From the human T2T-CHM13v2.0 reference genome, Homo sapiens, in assembly GCF_009914755.1 (NCBI RefSeq), contig NC_060926.1: a stretch of DNA of 64,000 bases. The stretch is one strand, 5' to 3'. The position numbers and the translations under genes are program-made. Below the pieces are notes generated by a model. That model was not told the DNA's origin. It did not search any database and saw nothing but the letters and a program-made list of their open reading frames with translations. Each line of letters begins with the position of its first letter. Within the stretch, counting starts at the first letter, position 1. This document shows positions 1 through 14,996 of this stretch, in pieces.

Positions 1-756
1 CCTCACAACTCTGCCCAGTACCCTATCCTACTATGGATAAGCTGGTATACAAACTGCAAGACAAAGTCCTCTTTATTCTTCTTTCTTCTCCTCAAGTGGA
101 AAGAAGGGTTCTCTTTTGGAGCTGCAAGCTGCACTGACTGGGGCTGGGGGGAGGGGTGTTGCAAGCAGTCCCTTAGCTGCGCTGGCTGGTTTCTTATTAG
201 GTCACATGCCTCCAAGTCCACTGGCTCCAAGCCCAGAACAGCAATAGGTCTTGCCCAGGAATTGCAGTCCTTGTGGTCTAGACTGCCTTTTAAGTTTATT
301 TAGGACCTCATAGCGCATTAGCCTTCGCTGGTGAGGCATGAGAAAACTCAAGTTCTGACCACTGGGATGGGCAATTCCCTGCTGGCTCATCTAAGTTCCC
401 CCTTGAAGGCCATGGGCTGATTTGTTCCCAGTGTTGCTTTCTGCTATGACAGGGCAGCACTGAGTTCCAATGCAAAGTCCCAGAATTGCTGGGCTCTCCC
501 TTCCTCGAGCACACAGATTCTTCTTCCACATGTAGCTACTATTGGGGGATTGGGGAGGAGATGTATCAGCAAGTCAAAACTGTCTTTCCTATTCCCTTCA
601 GTGCCTCTTTTAGCAGTATGAAGTTAAAACCAGGTATTGTAAATCGCCTGATTTTTGGCTCTTATGAAGGTGCTTTTCTGTGCGGATAGCTGTTAAATTT
701 AGAGATCCAGGAAGACAATTGGTGGAAGCTTCTATTCAGGAGCTCCACCTCCCTCC
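1..756 (-). mobile_element. Old primate L1 5'UTR (L1PB/L1PA13-16-like); element continues off the left edge
   Basis: Reverse strand begins GGAGGTGGAGC..TGAATAGAAGC..CACAGAAAAGCACCTTCATAAGAGCCAAAAATCAGG, matching the recalled 5' end of L1PB/L1P4-type elements. Confidence 0.7.
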
Positions 757-849
757 AGAAAAATGCTTTGTGTAAGTACTTTAAGCAGAGGATCAGGAGC
801 ATGGTGAAAATTTTGCTTTTACAAAAGTCGCTCAAAAAGATGTATAGAG

Positions 850-1040
850 CAGTGGTTCTCAAATTTTAGTGTATGTCAGAATCTCCTGTAGATCTTTTTG
901 AGACCAGATTGCAAGACACCCTCTTCTCCCAAAGTTTCTGGTTCTAAGTCTGAGGCAGAGCATAAGAATTTGCATTTCTAACAAGTTCCCCAGTGATACT
1001 CATACTGCTGGTCTGAGGATCATGCTTTAAAAAATCACCG
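850..1040. mobile_element. MER5A hAT-Charlie MITE
   Basis: Starts CAGTGGTTCTCAAA, ends TTTAAAAAATCACCG; internal GAATTTGCATTTCTAACAAGTTCCCCAGTGAT typical of MER5A. Confidence 0.8.
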
Positions 1041-2848
1041 TAGAGGATAAGTATACCAAGGGGAAAAAAAACAGGCAAGGTAACAAGACCAGTTAAGTAG
1101 TGTGAAAGCAATAAAATCCATGAACAAGGTGAAAACAAAACAAAAGCAGTAACAACCAAATTAGATTCAATTTATTTATGTTGTTGGTAAAAAGACAATT
1201 TAAAACATCGATGGTAGATATATATTCCTAATTGATCATTGGGATCCCCCTTTTTTCTCCCTTTTATTTTTCTTAATTCTCTTTGTTATTCTCTTGTCTA
1301 TCATCATGTAAAATGAAGAGCCTAGGTAGAGGTCCAGGAGGAAGTAAAGTTCAAATATACAAAAGAAATGGAAGAGACTGCTAAATAATTATTGTGGTTC
1401 AGTTTTAATGCTTCTGTATTTTATGGTGCAACTGTTTTTACATTTGTTGGAGTGGGGGGCATCATAAATTTAGGTGTCGAAGGCCTCTGACATCTTAATC
1501 TGGCTTTGAGTAAATGATTTGAGAAAAGACAAAGAAAAAAATATCAAAGAATTTGGGAGTAGATAAAGCATGTCTGCCAGGTAATAGAACATGAACATGA
1601 AAAGGGCAAGAATGAAAGCGGAAACACCAAAAGAATTTTTAGCTAAGATAATTTATCACTAGTCAAGTAAGCATCAATAAGAATGAGATTTAGGCATTTA
1701 TGCCACATATTCTCACAGCACCTTCTTGACACCGTTTTATAGAACTTTTGTCTGATCTGTATATCTTGTGTTCAAAATAAAATGTCCACCATGATAAGGT
1801 GATAAAATCTGAGTTAACTGCAAAAATGCAGTTGGTGTGATTGAAATCACAATTTATCATTGATACTAAAAATACAGAACTGTGTTTTTCCTTTTGTAAA
1901 ACAGAATTATATATAAAACTAAGCATTGAATGAAAAGGTTCAATGTCCTCATAGGATCTGGCTAAACATAAAATATTTAGAGGTATGTATCTTAAAGAAC
2001 ATTGCTATAGTAAAACCTGAAATACAAATATGTATATCTTTATACCACTTATTATTCTATTGCCCAAAATTGTCATTAAAATAATTTTTGTTTACTTCTT
2101 CTCTGTACATCCTAAGTGAATAAAATGATTAAAAGTATTTTGTACAAGTACAATCCGCAGTGTCTTACTGAAGCATGGCCTTTTCAAAACATCACAGCTT
2201 GAGTGTGTGGCATATTCTAATGTACTCATAATTAGCTTGTTAGTGTAACAAAAATAATAGAATATACGTAATAGCTGAATATGGAGTTTCATCAAGACTT
2301 TGTACCTACATCGGATGTCTTAACTTCTGGAATGTGCCGCTTGTCTTATAGATTTATGATGCAATCTCCTATTTTTAGTTCTTGAATAATGCAAAAATCC
2401 ATCAAGTTACTTTAAAAAGAGTTTTGCCTTTTCTTTTTACAGCAGCTGCTGTAATCATTGTCATGCATGTACAAGAATATAGCTGAAAAGACTAATTCAT
2501 CATCAAGCAAGAATAACTGTGAATCAGAAAGGTGTTATTGGGGAAATTAAGCAAATGAAAAAAATTCTTCTTGAAAGTCAATGAAATCTATCTTTTCAAC
2601 ATTTATTCTGGAATGCATATACTATACTATGTATTGAAATATTAATTTTTATCTTGGCATTTTCTCTTTTCTCAGCTGTTATGATTTTACTAAAAATAAA
2701 TATGAAAACAATAAAAAGCCTGTAGCTGATGAGGTGAAATTGTAAGGCACTGAGAAAACAACAACCACACTTCTTGAAGCAGATAGCATAACAGTGAGCA
2801 AACACATTCCCTTATTAGCTGGATTCTGGATAATAGTACACCACAGAT

Positions 2849-3164
<316 letters not shown>

Positions 3165-4138
3165 TACACTGCAGACCTATTGTGATGAAAACAGATGTGG
3201 AAGGACTTGGCCCATTTCTCAACGTCTCTCAATGAACAGATTAGTTTTAGTTAACTTGAATCATTATGAAAGAAAGAGGCAAAAATATAGAGTGGTTTCC
3301 AGATACAGAATGGTGATCAAACATAAAGCAAATGGATAAACTATCTCTTGTGTGTGTCTTTTTTTTTCACAATTGTAACCGCAATGTAGGTAGCGTGCAC
3401 CCTTAAACTGTGGCATAGAATTTGTCTCATCTGTTAGAAGCATAGTCATCCATCTAGTTTTTACCTTGTACAAGATCATGCTCAGTAACATTCACTTTCC
3501 ACAAAATGTTTCAGGGGAGAATTTTACCATTGATACTATCAATTACATCTAAAATAAGAATCGTAAGAAAATTAAGATGTACTGTGTAAATAAATTACTT
3601 CAATGTGCTTTAGAACAGAAAATCCGTGGATTAGAAAAAAGCAGTAACATGGTACATTAAATATATCTATGTGACCATCAGCGTCAAAATAGGAAAGAAA
3701 TGACAACATTTCTGTGGGTAAATTTGACACAATGTGTGGCACATGGTTTGTATTTACTGTAGTCAAATCTCCTGAAAGTAAAAAATAAAATTGCCAAAAT
3801 CTTGAATGACATTTTCTGCAGTTAGTTGTACTCATGTGTTTTGAGATGACAGAAGGGATTTTAGATCCCATTTTATAAAATTCTATGTACATATTAAGAT
3901 ACATTTAAGGGTATTTAATGTAATACATTCTGTTATTTATTTTGGGAGAATGGAGGAATAGGATAATTAATACAGAATTTCTGTTTCCTATATGCAATCA
4001 TATGTTATAAAATTAGTGATCAGAGTCAACAATATTGAGCATTGCATATATCCTCAGAGTTTATATCATCTCCTCATTTTACATTTGAGATGGCAAAACT
4101 GTGTTTTAATCCTGGGTACATATCTCATTCATGATAAG

Positions 4139-4274
4139 ATTTATAATAGGCCATCTTTTATTGAGTATAATTATTATTTGTAATATTTATAATAGGCTAC
4201 CTTTTATTGAGTATTATTATTATTTATAATATTTATAATAGGCCACCTTTTATTGAGTATTATTATTATTATTT
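4139..4274. repeat. 46-bp AT-rich minisatellite, ~3 copies
   Basis: Unit ATTTATAATAGGCCATCTTTTATTGAGTATAATTATTATTTGTAAT starts at 4139, 4185 and 4231. Confidence 0.9.
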
Positions 4275-4929
4275 TGACTGCTTTATACTTTCTGACTTTT
4301 TTACAGATTAGTAATTTGGAAGGAACAAGGAAATTTAGTGACCTGCATGTGTTTATACAACCATGTAATGTCTGAGCTAGACTATTTCACCCTGCGCCCA
4401 TGTGACACATGGCAGTTCATTCCATCACACCTTGGCTCTTCTCATGGTGATGTCTTTATACAGAAAGCAGAAAGGTGATCAGCCATTTTCCATGTTTACA
4501 TAGATTGCTGTCTAAAGAAGAATTTGAAAGTAAGAAAAACTGTGAGGTAAACAAATTTTTACTTTATAGTTCTGATCTCTACCTTCTATGGCCATTTCAA
4601 GACACATTTTCTGCATTTTTTCTCCTACTGTAGTCATCCTGGTCCCATATGGAGGCTCTGGTGACCCAGGCTCCTTGACTTCATGGCGTCATCATGATGA
4701 AATCTCTTGGCAATAACATTTAAGGCTTCCCTTTTATGGCTCCAAAAGAATGACTTCCTTGTTTAATTTCACCTTTTTTATGACAAGAGATTGTGGGGAT
4801 TGCACTCCAATTTCTCCAAAGGGATAGTTGACAAACTAATCTTCAAACAAGGGCTCATATCTGTTACAGCTTTCCACAGGCATATTTATTCAACAGAGAA
4901 ATGCAGTTATTTAAAAAATGGGGTAATCT

Positions 4930-6234
4930 TCTGATGACAGGCTCCTTGAGACCACAGCAAGCATTTAAGAGAAAGATTTGCAGGGAGGGGACATATTTAT
5001 CAGACACCTCTGATCTTACTACATTAGCAAGCAAAGCTGATTTTGTTGTAGGTGTTTACTTGTTTGTTTGGTGTTTTGTTCCTAAACTGGTCTTGAGATC
5101 ATTTTCATAAGACTGTTTATAAATTCCAGCCCTACCCTGAATGAGAATCCAAGGGATGTGGTTGTAGATGTTTACAGTGTATTTCACTGGCTTATTCTTA
5201 ATTCCTAAATTTCTGACCTATAACCAAGTGTCTCTCTCACAGGAAACTTGTTTATATTGGAAGACGCCCTTGTGATTCTTTTTTTTTTTTTTAAGACGGA
5301 GTCTCGCTCTGTCACCCAGGCTGGAGTGCAGTGGCGTGATGTCACTGCAAGCTCTACCTCCTGGGTTCACGCCATTCTCCTGCCTCAGCCTCCCGAGTAG
5401 CTGGGACTACAGGCGCCTGGCTAATTTTTTGTATTTTTAGTAGAGACGGGGTTTCACCATGTTAGCCAGGATGGTCTCGATCTCCTGACCTCATGATCCG
5501 CCCGACTCGGCCTCCCAAAGTGCTGGGATTACAGGTGTGAGCCACCGCGCCCGGCCCACCCTTGTGATTATTATCTGATCTGTGTCCAGTTTATTCCTAC
5601 CCTAACAGCCCCTCTCTAGGACAGCCCTTGACTGGGTAGAAGTGAGGTGTCAGTCAGGTGAGACACAGAGGAGACAACTCAACAAAACACATGAAATAAC
5701 AGAAGCAGTTTATTACTTACAGATTCCATAGAGAAGAGGGCAGCACCCTTCACAGAGCCCATGGGAAGGGGAAGCTCTTCAGCACATACACACTTAACCA
5801 GTGGATGTAGGGCAAGAGAGAGGTGGTGCGGGTACTCTGTGAACCTGGGTCTTTATTAGGGTCCAGAGTATTGCTTAGGTGAGTTTCTTGTGGGGAGTTC
5901 TAATTCATGAGTTTAAAACAAGCTCCTGTGAGTTCTGTGGAGTCACACTGTGGCTGAGAAATGGTTACTGTAGCATATCTGGGCAGTCCATGTATGAGGT
6001 GGGGATAAGTGCGACAAATTCAAGTAGCTTGTATCTAGCTGCAACATAGGGAGGTGGTCACTAGGAGGTGGTTGTGTGAGACAAATGTCTGTACCAACCA
6101 CATTGAAAATCTGGGAGGAGGTGAAGAACTGGAAACCCTGTCAAGAGCAACTAATCACTGCTTCTGGGATAGAAAAGGTAAACCTATATTGAAAATGCGT
6201 GTCAAGACAACATACAATTATGAAAATTCACTAC
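4930..6234 (-). mobile_element. ERV1 LTR MER39 (possibly with adjacent MER34-group sequence on the left), interrupted by AluY
   Basis: Reverse strand starts TGTAGTGAATTTTCATAATTGTATGTTG..CCAGAAGCAG..CTTGACAGGGTTTCCAGTTC, as in the recalled MER39 consensus; left boundary uncertain. Confidence 0.65.
5278..5556 (-). mobile_element. AluY with small internal deletions
   Basis: AluY diagnostics (GCAAGCTC, TTCACGCCATTCTCC, GTTAGCCAGGATGGTCTCGATC); TSD CCCTTGTGATTCTT/CCCTTGTGATTATT. Confidence 0.93.
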
Positions 6235-7689
6235 AAAAGCTATTGTTTATTTTTAATATTAATGGCAAATCAATCTTATATACAATATTGTTTCCAAAGC
6301 AAATGATGATCAAAAGCAAAGTGTCTTAAGATAACAAGCAGCAGGTTAAAGTTGTTTAAATATGTATTTGATATTGCAGTATATCGAAATATATAATCAA
6401 TAAGATCTTTTACTTACACGTGTATCTGACAAATGGGTCAAAAGTAGAACAGCAAAAGAACAACATTTCCATTAGCATCAATTAAGAAAGATAAGAAGTG
6501 ATTGGAAGGAAATAGGACTGTATTTTAATTTTAGGGAAGTAGCTTTATGGAATGATAAGGATGAAAATTCTTTCTCTTTTGTTTTTATAATTGACATTTT
6601 TAATTGCATAGTCTCATATTGATTTAACAACCTACAATTAATTTATTACACGTAATTAATAATCTGGAGATAAAAATACTGTCATTATAAACCAGGTGAC
6701 TGAAATTAGGCTGTCATGGTTAATGACTACTTCGAAGAAAAGAAACATAAATTCTGGAGTAGTCTGCAAGAAAGTGATTCTCAGTTACAGGTGCTCTATC
6801 CAAGAAAATTTAAAGCAGACTCTCTGGTCATGGACCTCAACACTGATTTTTTTTTAAAGGTTTCCAAGTTGATTGTAATGGGATGTCACAGTTGTCAAAC
6901 TGGTCTAGAATTTTTTTAGATGATAGGATATGTAGAAGGATTGACCGAGAGCTAGAACCTATTGCTTGGTAACTTATTTTCAGATATTTTCCTAGTCCTT
7001 GACATATAGGAGGATTGTATGTTGAATTGAATCAACACTAACTGACACTTCAGTCAACAAAATAGGAATAGAGACATTCAGGATCATAATTGTACCTTAT
7101 TCCTTGTCCCGGCTTGAGTGAATCCTGAAGCATTGTGTGAAAAAAGAGGTGTCATAAGAATGCCTAGAATTCCAAATTAGCTCACAATATGTTAACCATC
7201 TATTCACTTTTGCATGCCTGAAAAATAAACCTTCATAACGTTCAACCTCTGAGATTTAGGTGTTTTTTTGCTAATGCGACATTAACAGTCTATCCTGACT
7301 GATACATGGCTCCAGGTGTCCTTAACTCTCTTCCTCCAAACTTCTTTTTTTCTTTTCTACAATTATAATAGAGAGTGGTTTTCTTATCTCCAAGAGCAAT
7401 CTGTCAGTTTTTACACTGTAAGTTACATGATGGAAAGGAGATTTTCTTCTTTTTACTTTTTTGTTTTGTTTCTTTGTTTCACTTATATATACCAAATATT
7501 GGGGCAGAATTGGATCTCACTAAATATTTTTGAGCAAATGAATCTTTTTTGCCTCTCCCTTCATTATCCTCAGGAATTTATCTCTTTCATTAGCATTTGA
7601 AATTGATATACGTCTTTCACCCAAGCTGTTACACCATTTCTTTCCTCCATTTATAGCTAGATGCAGATGTCAGGTCTTTATCTTTCACT

Positions 7690-8415
7690 ATTTTTACAAC
7701 CCATTAAAAACTGACTTCCATCCCCTATCACTGTATTAAACTTTAAAACGCATATCAGTAATGACTTCCTTATCTCTAAAATCAATGGGCACTTTGTTCA
7801 GTCATGTCTTTTTTGGTCTTTACCATCAGCAATCACTACTAACAGTCACCCTTGAAACACTCTCTAGTTTTGACTGCCAGGGTACTAGCCTAGTTATCAT
7901 CCTCACCCTCTGGAGGCAATCCTCTTCTTCATTTCCAGGTGTCTTCTTCTCTACCAGTCATTAAATGTCAGAATTCCTCAAAATTCAGCTCCCAGCTTTC
8001 CTCTCTTTCCAGGTTATATTCTCTTGACAGGAAATTATCCTATAGCAATTGCTTCAAAATTCATTTTTCCAGGCTACATCTCTCCATGGAGCTCAATATT
8101 TACATACTCAGTCATTCGCCCAATGTTTATTGAACTTTGGTTATTTGACAAATACTATCATAAGCACTGGAAGTACACAAAAATAAGACTTTTTATGGGG
8201 TCTAGAGTATTGTGGAAGAAACTGAAGCTTGATTCAGCTGTGAATATTACATTCATGATATGATTACTTGTGTTATCCTTCCTTCATTGGATATAAGTGC
8301 CTCAGAAACAGAGATTATATCTGATTTTTTTATTATTTTCACTTCTCAGCACAATGCCTGGTAGAAACTCAATGAATATTTGTTGAGTGAATGAATAACT
8401 GAATGAGTGAGTGAG
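7690..8415 (+). mobile_element. L2 LINE 3' fragments
   Basis: L2-like ORF2 relic plus canonical 3' end CAGCACAATGCCTGG..CTCAATGAATATTTGTTGAGTGAATGAAT. Confidence 0.65.
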
Positions 8416-8922
8416 TGTACAAATAGCTCATACTCCTATTTTATGTTAGAGACTAATTTTGTTTTGTTTTTCTGCCTCATAATCTATAGCATCCTTTTTT
8501 ATTTGCTATTCAATTATACAGATGCATAAACTAAGAATACAAATAATTTTAAGTCCTACCTCAGTTCTAAATAGAGTAATATATTCAAAGTATAAACCAA
8601 ATGATATTCAGATATAAAAAAAGATAAAGGCCAGCATTAATATTAAAGGTAAAAATTGTAGAAGGCCTTTTGATCTTTTTATCTGAGAATTCCAACGGGC
8701 TTTATGAGTATTTTTAATTGTTTCTGTTTCTGTAAGTGAAAACACTTATTTGGAAATGACTACAAGAGAGTTGAGGCTGAAATTTATGTGTTCCAACTGC
8801 ACACAGCATAGCATGCCTCTAATGTATGTGAAATATCCTCTAAATGTTAGTTCTACTTAGATATGAAAGGCAAGCATACTGGTTTTCAGAAGATAGGCAT
8901 TTTCATGTTAAAATTGTGTTGC

Positions 8923-9298
8923 TGTCCTGCATGTCCCTGTGAAGAGACCACCAAACGGGCTTTGTGTGAGCAATAAAGCTTTTTAATCACCTGGGTGCAG
9001 GCCAACTGAGTCCCAAAAAGGAGTCAGCAAAGGGAGACAGGGGTGGGGCAGTTTTATAGGATTTGGGTAAGTAGTGGAAAATTACAGTCCAAGGGGTTTG
9101 TTCTCTGGCAGGCAGGGGCGGGGGTCACATGGTGCTCGGTGGGGGAGCTTCTGAGACTCATTGTCCAGGAGAAGGAATTTCACAAGGCAATGTCATCAGT
9201 TAAGGCAGGAACTGGCCATTTTCACTTCTTTTGTGGTTCTTCAGTTGCCTCAGGCCATCTGGATGTATACGTGCAGGCTTGGGCTCAGGGGCCTGAGA
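8923..9298 (-). mobile_element. Solo LTR7 (HERV-H LTR)
   Basis: Reverse strand TCTCAGGCCCCTGAGCCCAAGCCTGCACGTATACATCCAGATGGCCTGA..CCTATAAAACTGCCCC..ATTAAAAAGCTTTATTGCTCACACAAAGCC; perfect 5-bp TSD GTTGC (8918-8922, 9299-9303). Confidence 0.93.
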
Positions 9299-12162
9299 GT
9301 TGCAACTAATTAAAAGAATGTGTGCCAGACTATGTTCCATTTTTCTGAACACAAAGACAGCACCACTACATGTGCTGTGTAGGTTTTACACCTCAAAGAG
9401 CCATTTGGCCAAGAGGGCAAGTGTGTGTTGAAATGTTCATTGAATATATGGGAAGGTGTCTGATTTCCAAAGTCTCACTAAATTTTAAGAGCTCATCCTA
9501 AAGAGGAGATTTATCTTAGTCTCTGACCCTACAATTGAGTTAAAAATCCCTGAAAGGGCCTAACTAATTGTGTGTCCAGCATATCTAGGGGTCCCCAAGG
9601 TATAGGAAAGCCAGTAATGAGAACTGCTATATATCAGAGTGCAGCTATTATAACACACCCTAGTCTAGAGGATACCCATGAGTAGATTTTAAGGGCTCAT
9701 GAAATTCCAAGAGAAAGCTGAGGCCTCCCTGGTGCCTGAAAATGTGAACTGACATTATGGCCACAGCTGGCCCTCTACCTGAAGATTCTTGACACACAGT
9801 CTGGGAAGCTTTTATGTCACCTGTGGATTCCATGAATAAACCTTTTTTATAAAGGGTTTTAATAGTAAAATATTTTTTGTTTTGGAGTGCTGTCAAAATA
9901 GAATTTGTATTTCAGACTCGATATTTAAACCTAGATTTACATGTACACCACACTGGCAATTTGTCTTATCTTGTCCTTGGAGTCTTCAGGCAGAGTTTGT
10001 ATGTAACTTAAGAAAGGTGGAAATCAGTAAAGAAAACAACATTTTAACAAATCCAGTCAAAGAAATTGTTGTTCTGGAAATTATTTAGCTTTGTACCAAA
10101 AGCAAGATATTATCAGATAATCAGTATCATTTACTCTTTATGAACTGGCATTTACCTTTTGAAGAAGAGCTCAATTACATGAGGAAAAAATGTATTCTCT
10201 ACAGAAAAAAATAAGGATAGTAATCAACTTAGAAGGCTGATTTTAAAGAATTTCAACAATTCAACGTAATGATTCTTGAATGGTAATATTTGCCAATGAT
10301 GATTATTATATATATTTTTTTCTTATTTGGAAAGTTAGTAGCACTTTTCTTAAAATTAGACCTTCCTATACAATTGTAAAACCACACACTCACATTCAAT
10401 ACAGTGTATAATATACTACTTTGTCCATAAGCCTTTCACTAAAAAGTTTCTATTTACTTTTTGAAAGATGAAAAATTTTTGTTAATATGTTCACAATGTT
10501 GTGCAACCATCACCACAATCAATTTTGGAACATTTTCATCACTGCAAAAAGAAAGTCCGTAGCCATTACCAGTCATTTCTTATTTCACCACAAATCCCAC
10601 AGCCCGAGGCAATGGCTAATCTATTTTCTGTCTCTGTAGTTTTGTCTATTGTGGACATTTCATATGAATGGAATCGTGCAATATGTGGTCTTTTGTGATT
10701 GGTTTCTTTCCCTTAGTGTAACGTTTTCATGATTTAGCCATGTTGTAGTATATATCAGTGCTTTATTTCTATTAATTGCCAAATAATATTCCACTTTATG
10801 GATATAACATATTTTATAGTTGATCAACATTTTAGTTGTTTGCACTTTTGGACTATTATGAATAATACTGCTATAAACATTAGGGTACTAGTTTTTGTGT
10901 GGGTATATGTTTTATTTTTCTTGGGTATATACCTAGGACTAGAACTGCAGGGTAATATAGTAACTCTATATTTAACATATTTAGGCACTGCCAGATAGTT
11001 TTCCAAAGCGTCTCTACTATTTCACATTTCCACGAGCAGTGTGTGAAAATTCCAATTTCTCCATATCCTCATGAATATTAGTTTTTATGTCTTTTTGTTA
11101 TAACTGTACTAGTAGTGTGCATTTTACAGTTACACATTTTATAGTTATTTTTACACGCATTTTATACACACAAAATAACTATCCATTTTATAGTTTTAAA
11201 AAATATATGGCTAATTATTTTATTTTAGCTATTATAACTATAATTGGTTTGTTTTATTTTCAGATTATTGGTAGTGTAGAGCAATATGATTTTTCTATAT
11301 TGATCTTGCATTATACTACTTCTCTGAACTCATTTATTAGTTCTCATAGTGTTTTTAGTGGATTACTTAAGATTTTCTATATACAAAACCATATCATCTG
11401 TAAATAGAGTTAGTTTTCTTTCTTCTCAATATGGATTTATTTGATTTTATTGCCTAATTGCCCTGGCTAAAACCTCCAGTAATATGTTGAATAAAATTGT
11501 CAAGAGCAGATATCCTTGTTTTTCCTGATGTTAGGGAGTAAGCATTCAATCCTATGCCATTAACTATGCTTTCAACTGTTTTGTTTTTTGAAAATCCACA
11601 GCTGCCCTATAAGGTTGGATAACTTCCAGTCTATTTCCAGTTGGTTGAGTGTTTCTATTATAAGAGTGTGTTCATGTTGATTGAGTGTTTTTATTATGAA
11701 GGTGAATTTTATCATAAAGGTTGAAGTGTTTTGTCAAATGCTTTTTCTGCATATATTGAAATGATTATGCATTTTTAATCTTTTGTTCTATTGATAAGGT
11801 ATATTATGTTAATCGATTTTAGATATTAATCCAATATTGCATTTCTGGGATAAATCCTATTTCTTCATAATGTGTAATCCTTTTTATGTTGTTAGGTTTA
11901 ATTTACTAGTATTTCCTTGAGAATTTTGAGTGTATATTTGTAAAATATATTGTTCTGTAATTTTCTTGTGATTGTTTTGCCTGATTTTGATATGAGAGCT
12001 ATACTGGCCTCACAGAATAAGCTAGGAAGTGTTCGCTCCTCTCGTATGTTTTGGAACTATTTGTGAAGACTTGGTAAAAATTTTTCTTTAAATGTTTGAC
12101 ATAATTTGCCAGTGAACCCATCTGGGCCTGAGTTTGTGTTTGGGAAGTTTCAAAATAATTGA

Positions 12163-12477
<315 letters not shown>

Positions 12478-14486
12478 TGAATTCGCTCATCTTTTCTCAT
12501 TGTCATAAGGTAGAAACTTAGGATATTGTTTTGAGGTCCTTCTTTGTTTATAGTGTTAGAATTCATAGCTATAAATTTCTCACTAACCACTGCTTTAGCT
12601 ACATTCCATGGTGTATGGTGTCTTCATTTTAATTCACCTCATATGTTTTCTAATTTGCCTTATAATTGGATATCTAGGTGTATTTTTTTTTTTTTTTTTT
12701 TTTGCTTATTATTGAATTTTCCCAAGGCTTTTTGTTATTGAATTTTAGTTTCACTCCATTCTTGTCAGGGCACTTACTTTGTATGATTTCAATCCTTTTA
12801 AATTTAGTGAGGGTTGTCTTATGGCCTAACATGTAAATCTGTGCTGGAGAACGTCCCACGTGCCCTTGAGAAAAATATGCATTGTGTTATTGGTATCTGG
12901 AATATTCTATTGATATCTTTTCAGTCTAACGGATCGATAGTGTTCAAGTTTTCTCTTTCCTTATTGACCTTCTGCTTAGCTGCTGTAGGCATTACTGAAA
13001 GTGAACTATTGAAGTCTCTCCATTATTTTGAATTGTTTCTCCTTTTAGTTTTAAGTTTTTGCTTCACATATTTGGGAGCTCTGTTGTTAGGTGCATATAT
13101 TTTAAAAATTGTTATGTTTTCCTAATGGATTGTCCTTTTAAAAATTGTAAAATATTCTCTTTACCTTCAGTAAATTTTTCTTGTTTTAAAGTCTATTTTT
13201 GCCTGACGTTTTAGTATATTAGCCCCTCCAGATTTCTTATGGTTGCTATGGTGTATCATTTTCCAACCATTTACTTTCAATCTATTCATATATTTGAATC
13301 TAAAGTGTGTCACCTATAAACAACAGTAGTTGAGTGATGTTTTTATTTTGATTATAGTGTTCATTCCCTTCACATGTGCCATAAATACTGATAAAGTTGG
13401 ATTTAAATCTGTCATTTTATGTAAATCTCATGTCATTTTCATGTGTCTATTCCTCCTTTACTGTTTTTTAAATCAATTGAATATTTTCTAGTGTAACATT
13501 TAAATAGCTTCTAATGACTTTTTTACTCTTTTCTGAATTTTTTAGTAGCTGCACTAGAGCTTATCATATATCTTACCTTATAAGAATGTACATCACTTTT
13601 ATACTAACAGTTCTAGTGAAACAGAAATGTTCCTTCTACATAGCTCTATTTTATCTTCCTCCTTGTTTTTCTATTAACATGTAACATACATCTATATATG
13701 TTGCTAATGTAATGATATGTTGTTATAATTATTACTTTGTATAATTTCATGTCTATTAGGAATGCTGGGTATGATTTGATGATTTTATCCTACTTGGAGT
13801 TTGTTGAATTTCTTAGATATTTAGATTAATGTTTTTCATCAAATTTGGGCCTTTTTCAGTCATTTTTTTGCTAGTATTTCCCCTTTCTAACTCGACTTTC
13901 CTTCTGATACTCTCATTGTGCATGTGTTGGTGTTCTTAATGGTATCCCACATTTTTCTGAAGCTTTTTACATTTTTCTTCATTCTTTTTCCCTCTGTCCT
14001 TAAAATTGCACAATATCTATTGATTTGACTTCCCTGATTCTGTCATCTGCCAGTTCAAATATATTGCCGATTTTCTCTAATGAACTTCCCCTTTGGGTTG
14101 CTGTACTTTTCAATTTAGCTTTTATATTTTTTCTATCATGTATATAGCTCTACTGATATTCTCTATTTTGTGTAACATCGTCTTCATATCTACCTTTACT
14201 TTTTACAGTCGGATTTTCTTTTACTTCTTTGAACATAGTTATGATGACCACTTTGGAGTTTTTGTCAGTTAGCTATGACATCTAGGCCCTCTCCCAGTTT
14301 CTATTGCCTGCTCTTTTCACTGCATGTGAAGAAATACCTTCCTGTTTCTTTACATGTGTCCTAGTTTTTTTTTTCCTGAAAACTGGATATTTTATTAATA
14401 TATTTGAACACCTTGAGCTACTGAGTCCTTTTTTTTATCTCTGGGATTCATTATGTTGTCATTTACCTATTTATTTTAAAATATGG

Positions 14487-14996
14487 TATATTCATTTCCT
14501 ATTGTTCTATAATAGATTACTACAAATATGTTGAAGTAAAATGAATTTGTGGTCTGTTTGGAGGTCAGTAGTCCAACATGGTTTTCAGTGGGATAAAATC
14601 AAGGAGATATTTTACGTCACCCAAGGTAGGTTACCTTCTTTCTGGAGGATTCAAGAATCAATTTCCTTGACTTTTCCTGATTCTATATTTGGCTTACATT
14701 TTTTTTTTGTTTGGCTTATGGCCCCCTTCCATTTTCATTTGATAGTCAAGTCTTTCCTGTGTTGCATCACGATGACACTAAATTTACTGTCTCCCTCTTT
14801 GATTTTATAGGGACCGTTGTAATTATATAGGGCCCATCTAAATGATCCAAGAGACTCTCCCATTTCAAAGTTAACTAATCAGCAATGTTAACTCTATATT
14901 TAAAAATAAACTGCTTTTGAAATTTAACAAAACATATTAAATTTCTGGCAATTAGGATGTGGACTTCTTTAGAGGGACCCTTATTCTGCCTACCAT
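14487..14996 (-). mobile_element. MaLR LTR, MLT1D-like
   Basis: GGAGGTCAGTAGTCCAACATGG..AAAATCAAGG..GGGCCCATCTAAATGATCCAAG..ATTAGGATGTGGACTTCTTT..ATTCTGCCTACCA. Confidence 0.7.

Noticed and set aside
2430-2540. Splice acceptor TTTTCTTTTTTACAG at ~2441
   Set aside because: No convincing donor or reading frame downstream; common by chance in AT-rich DNA
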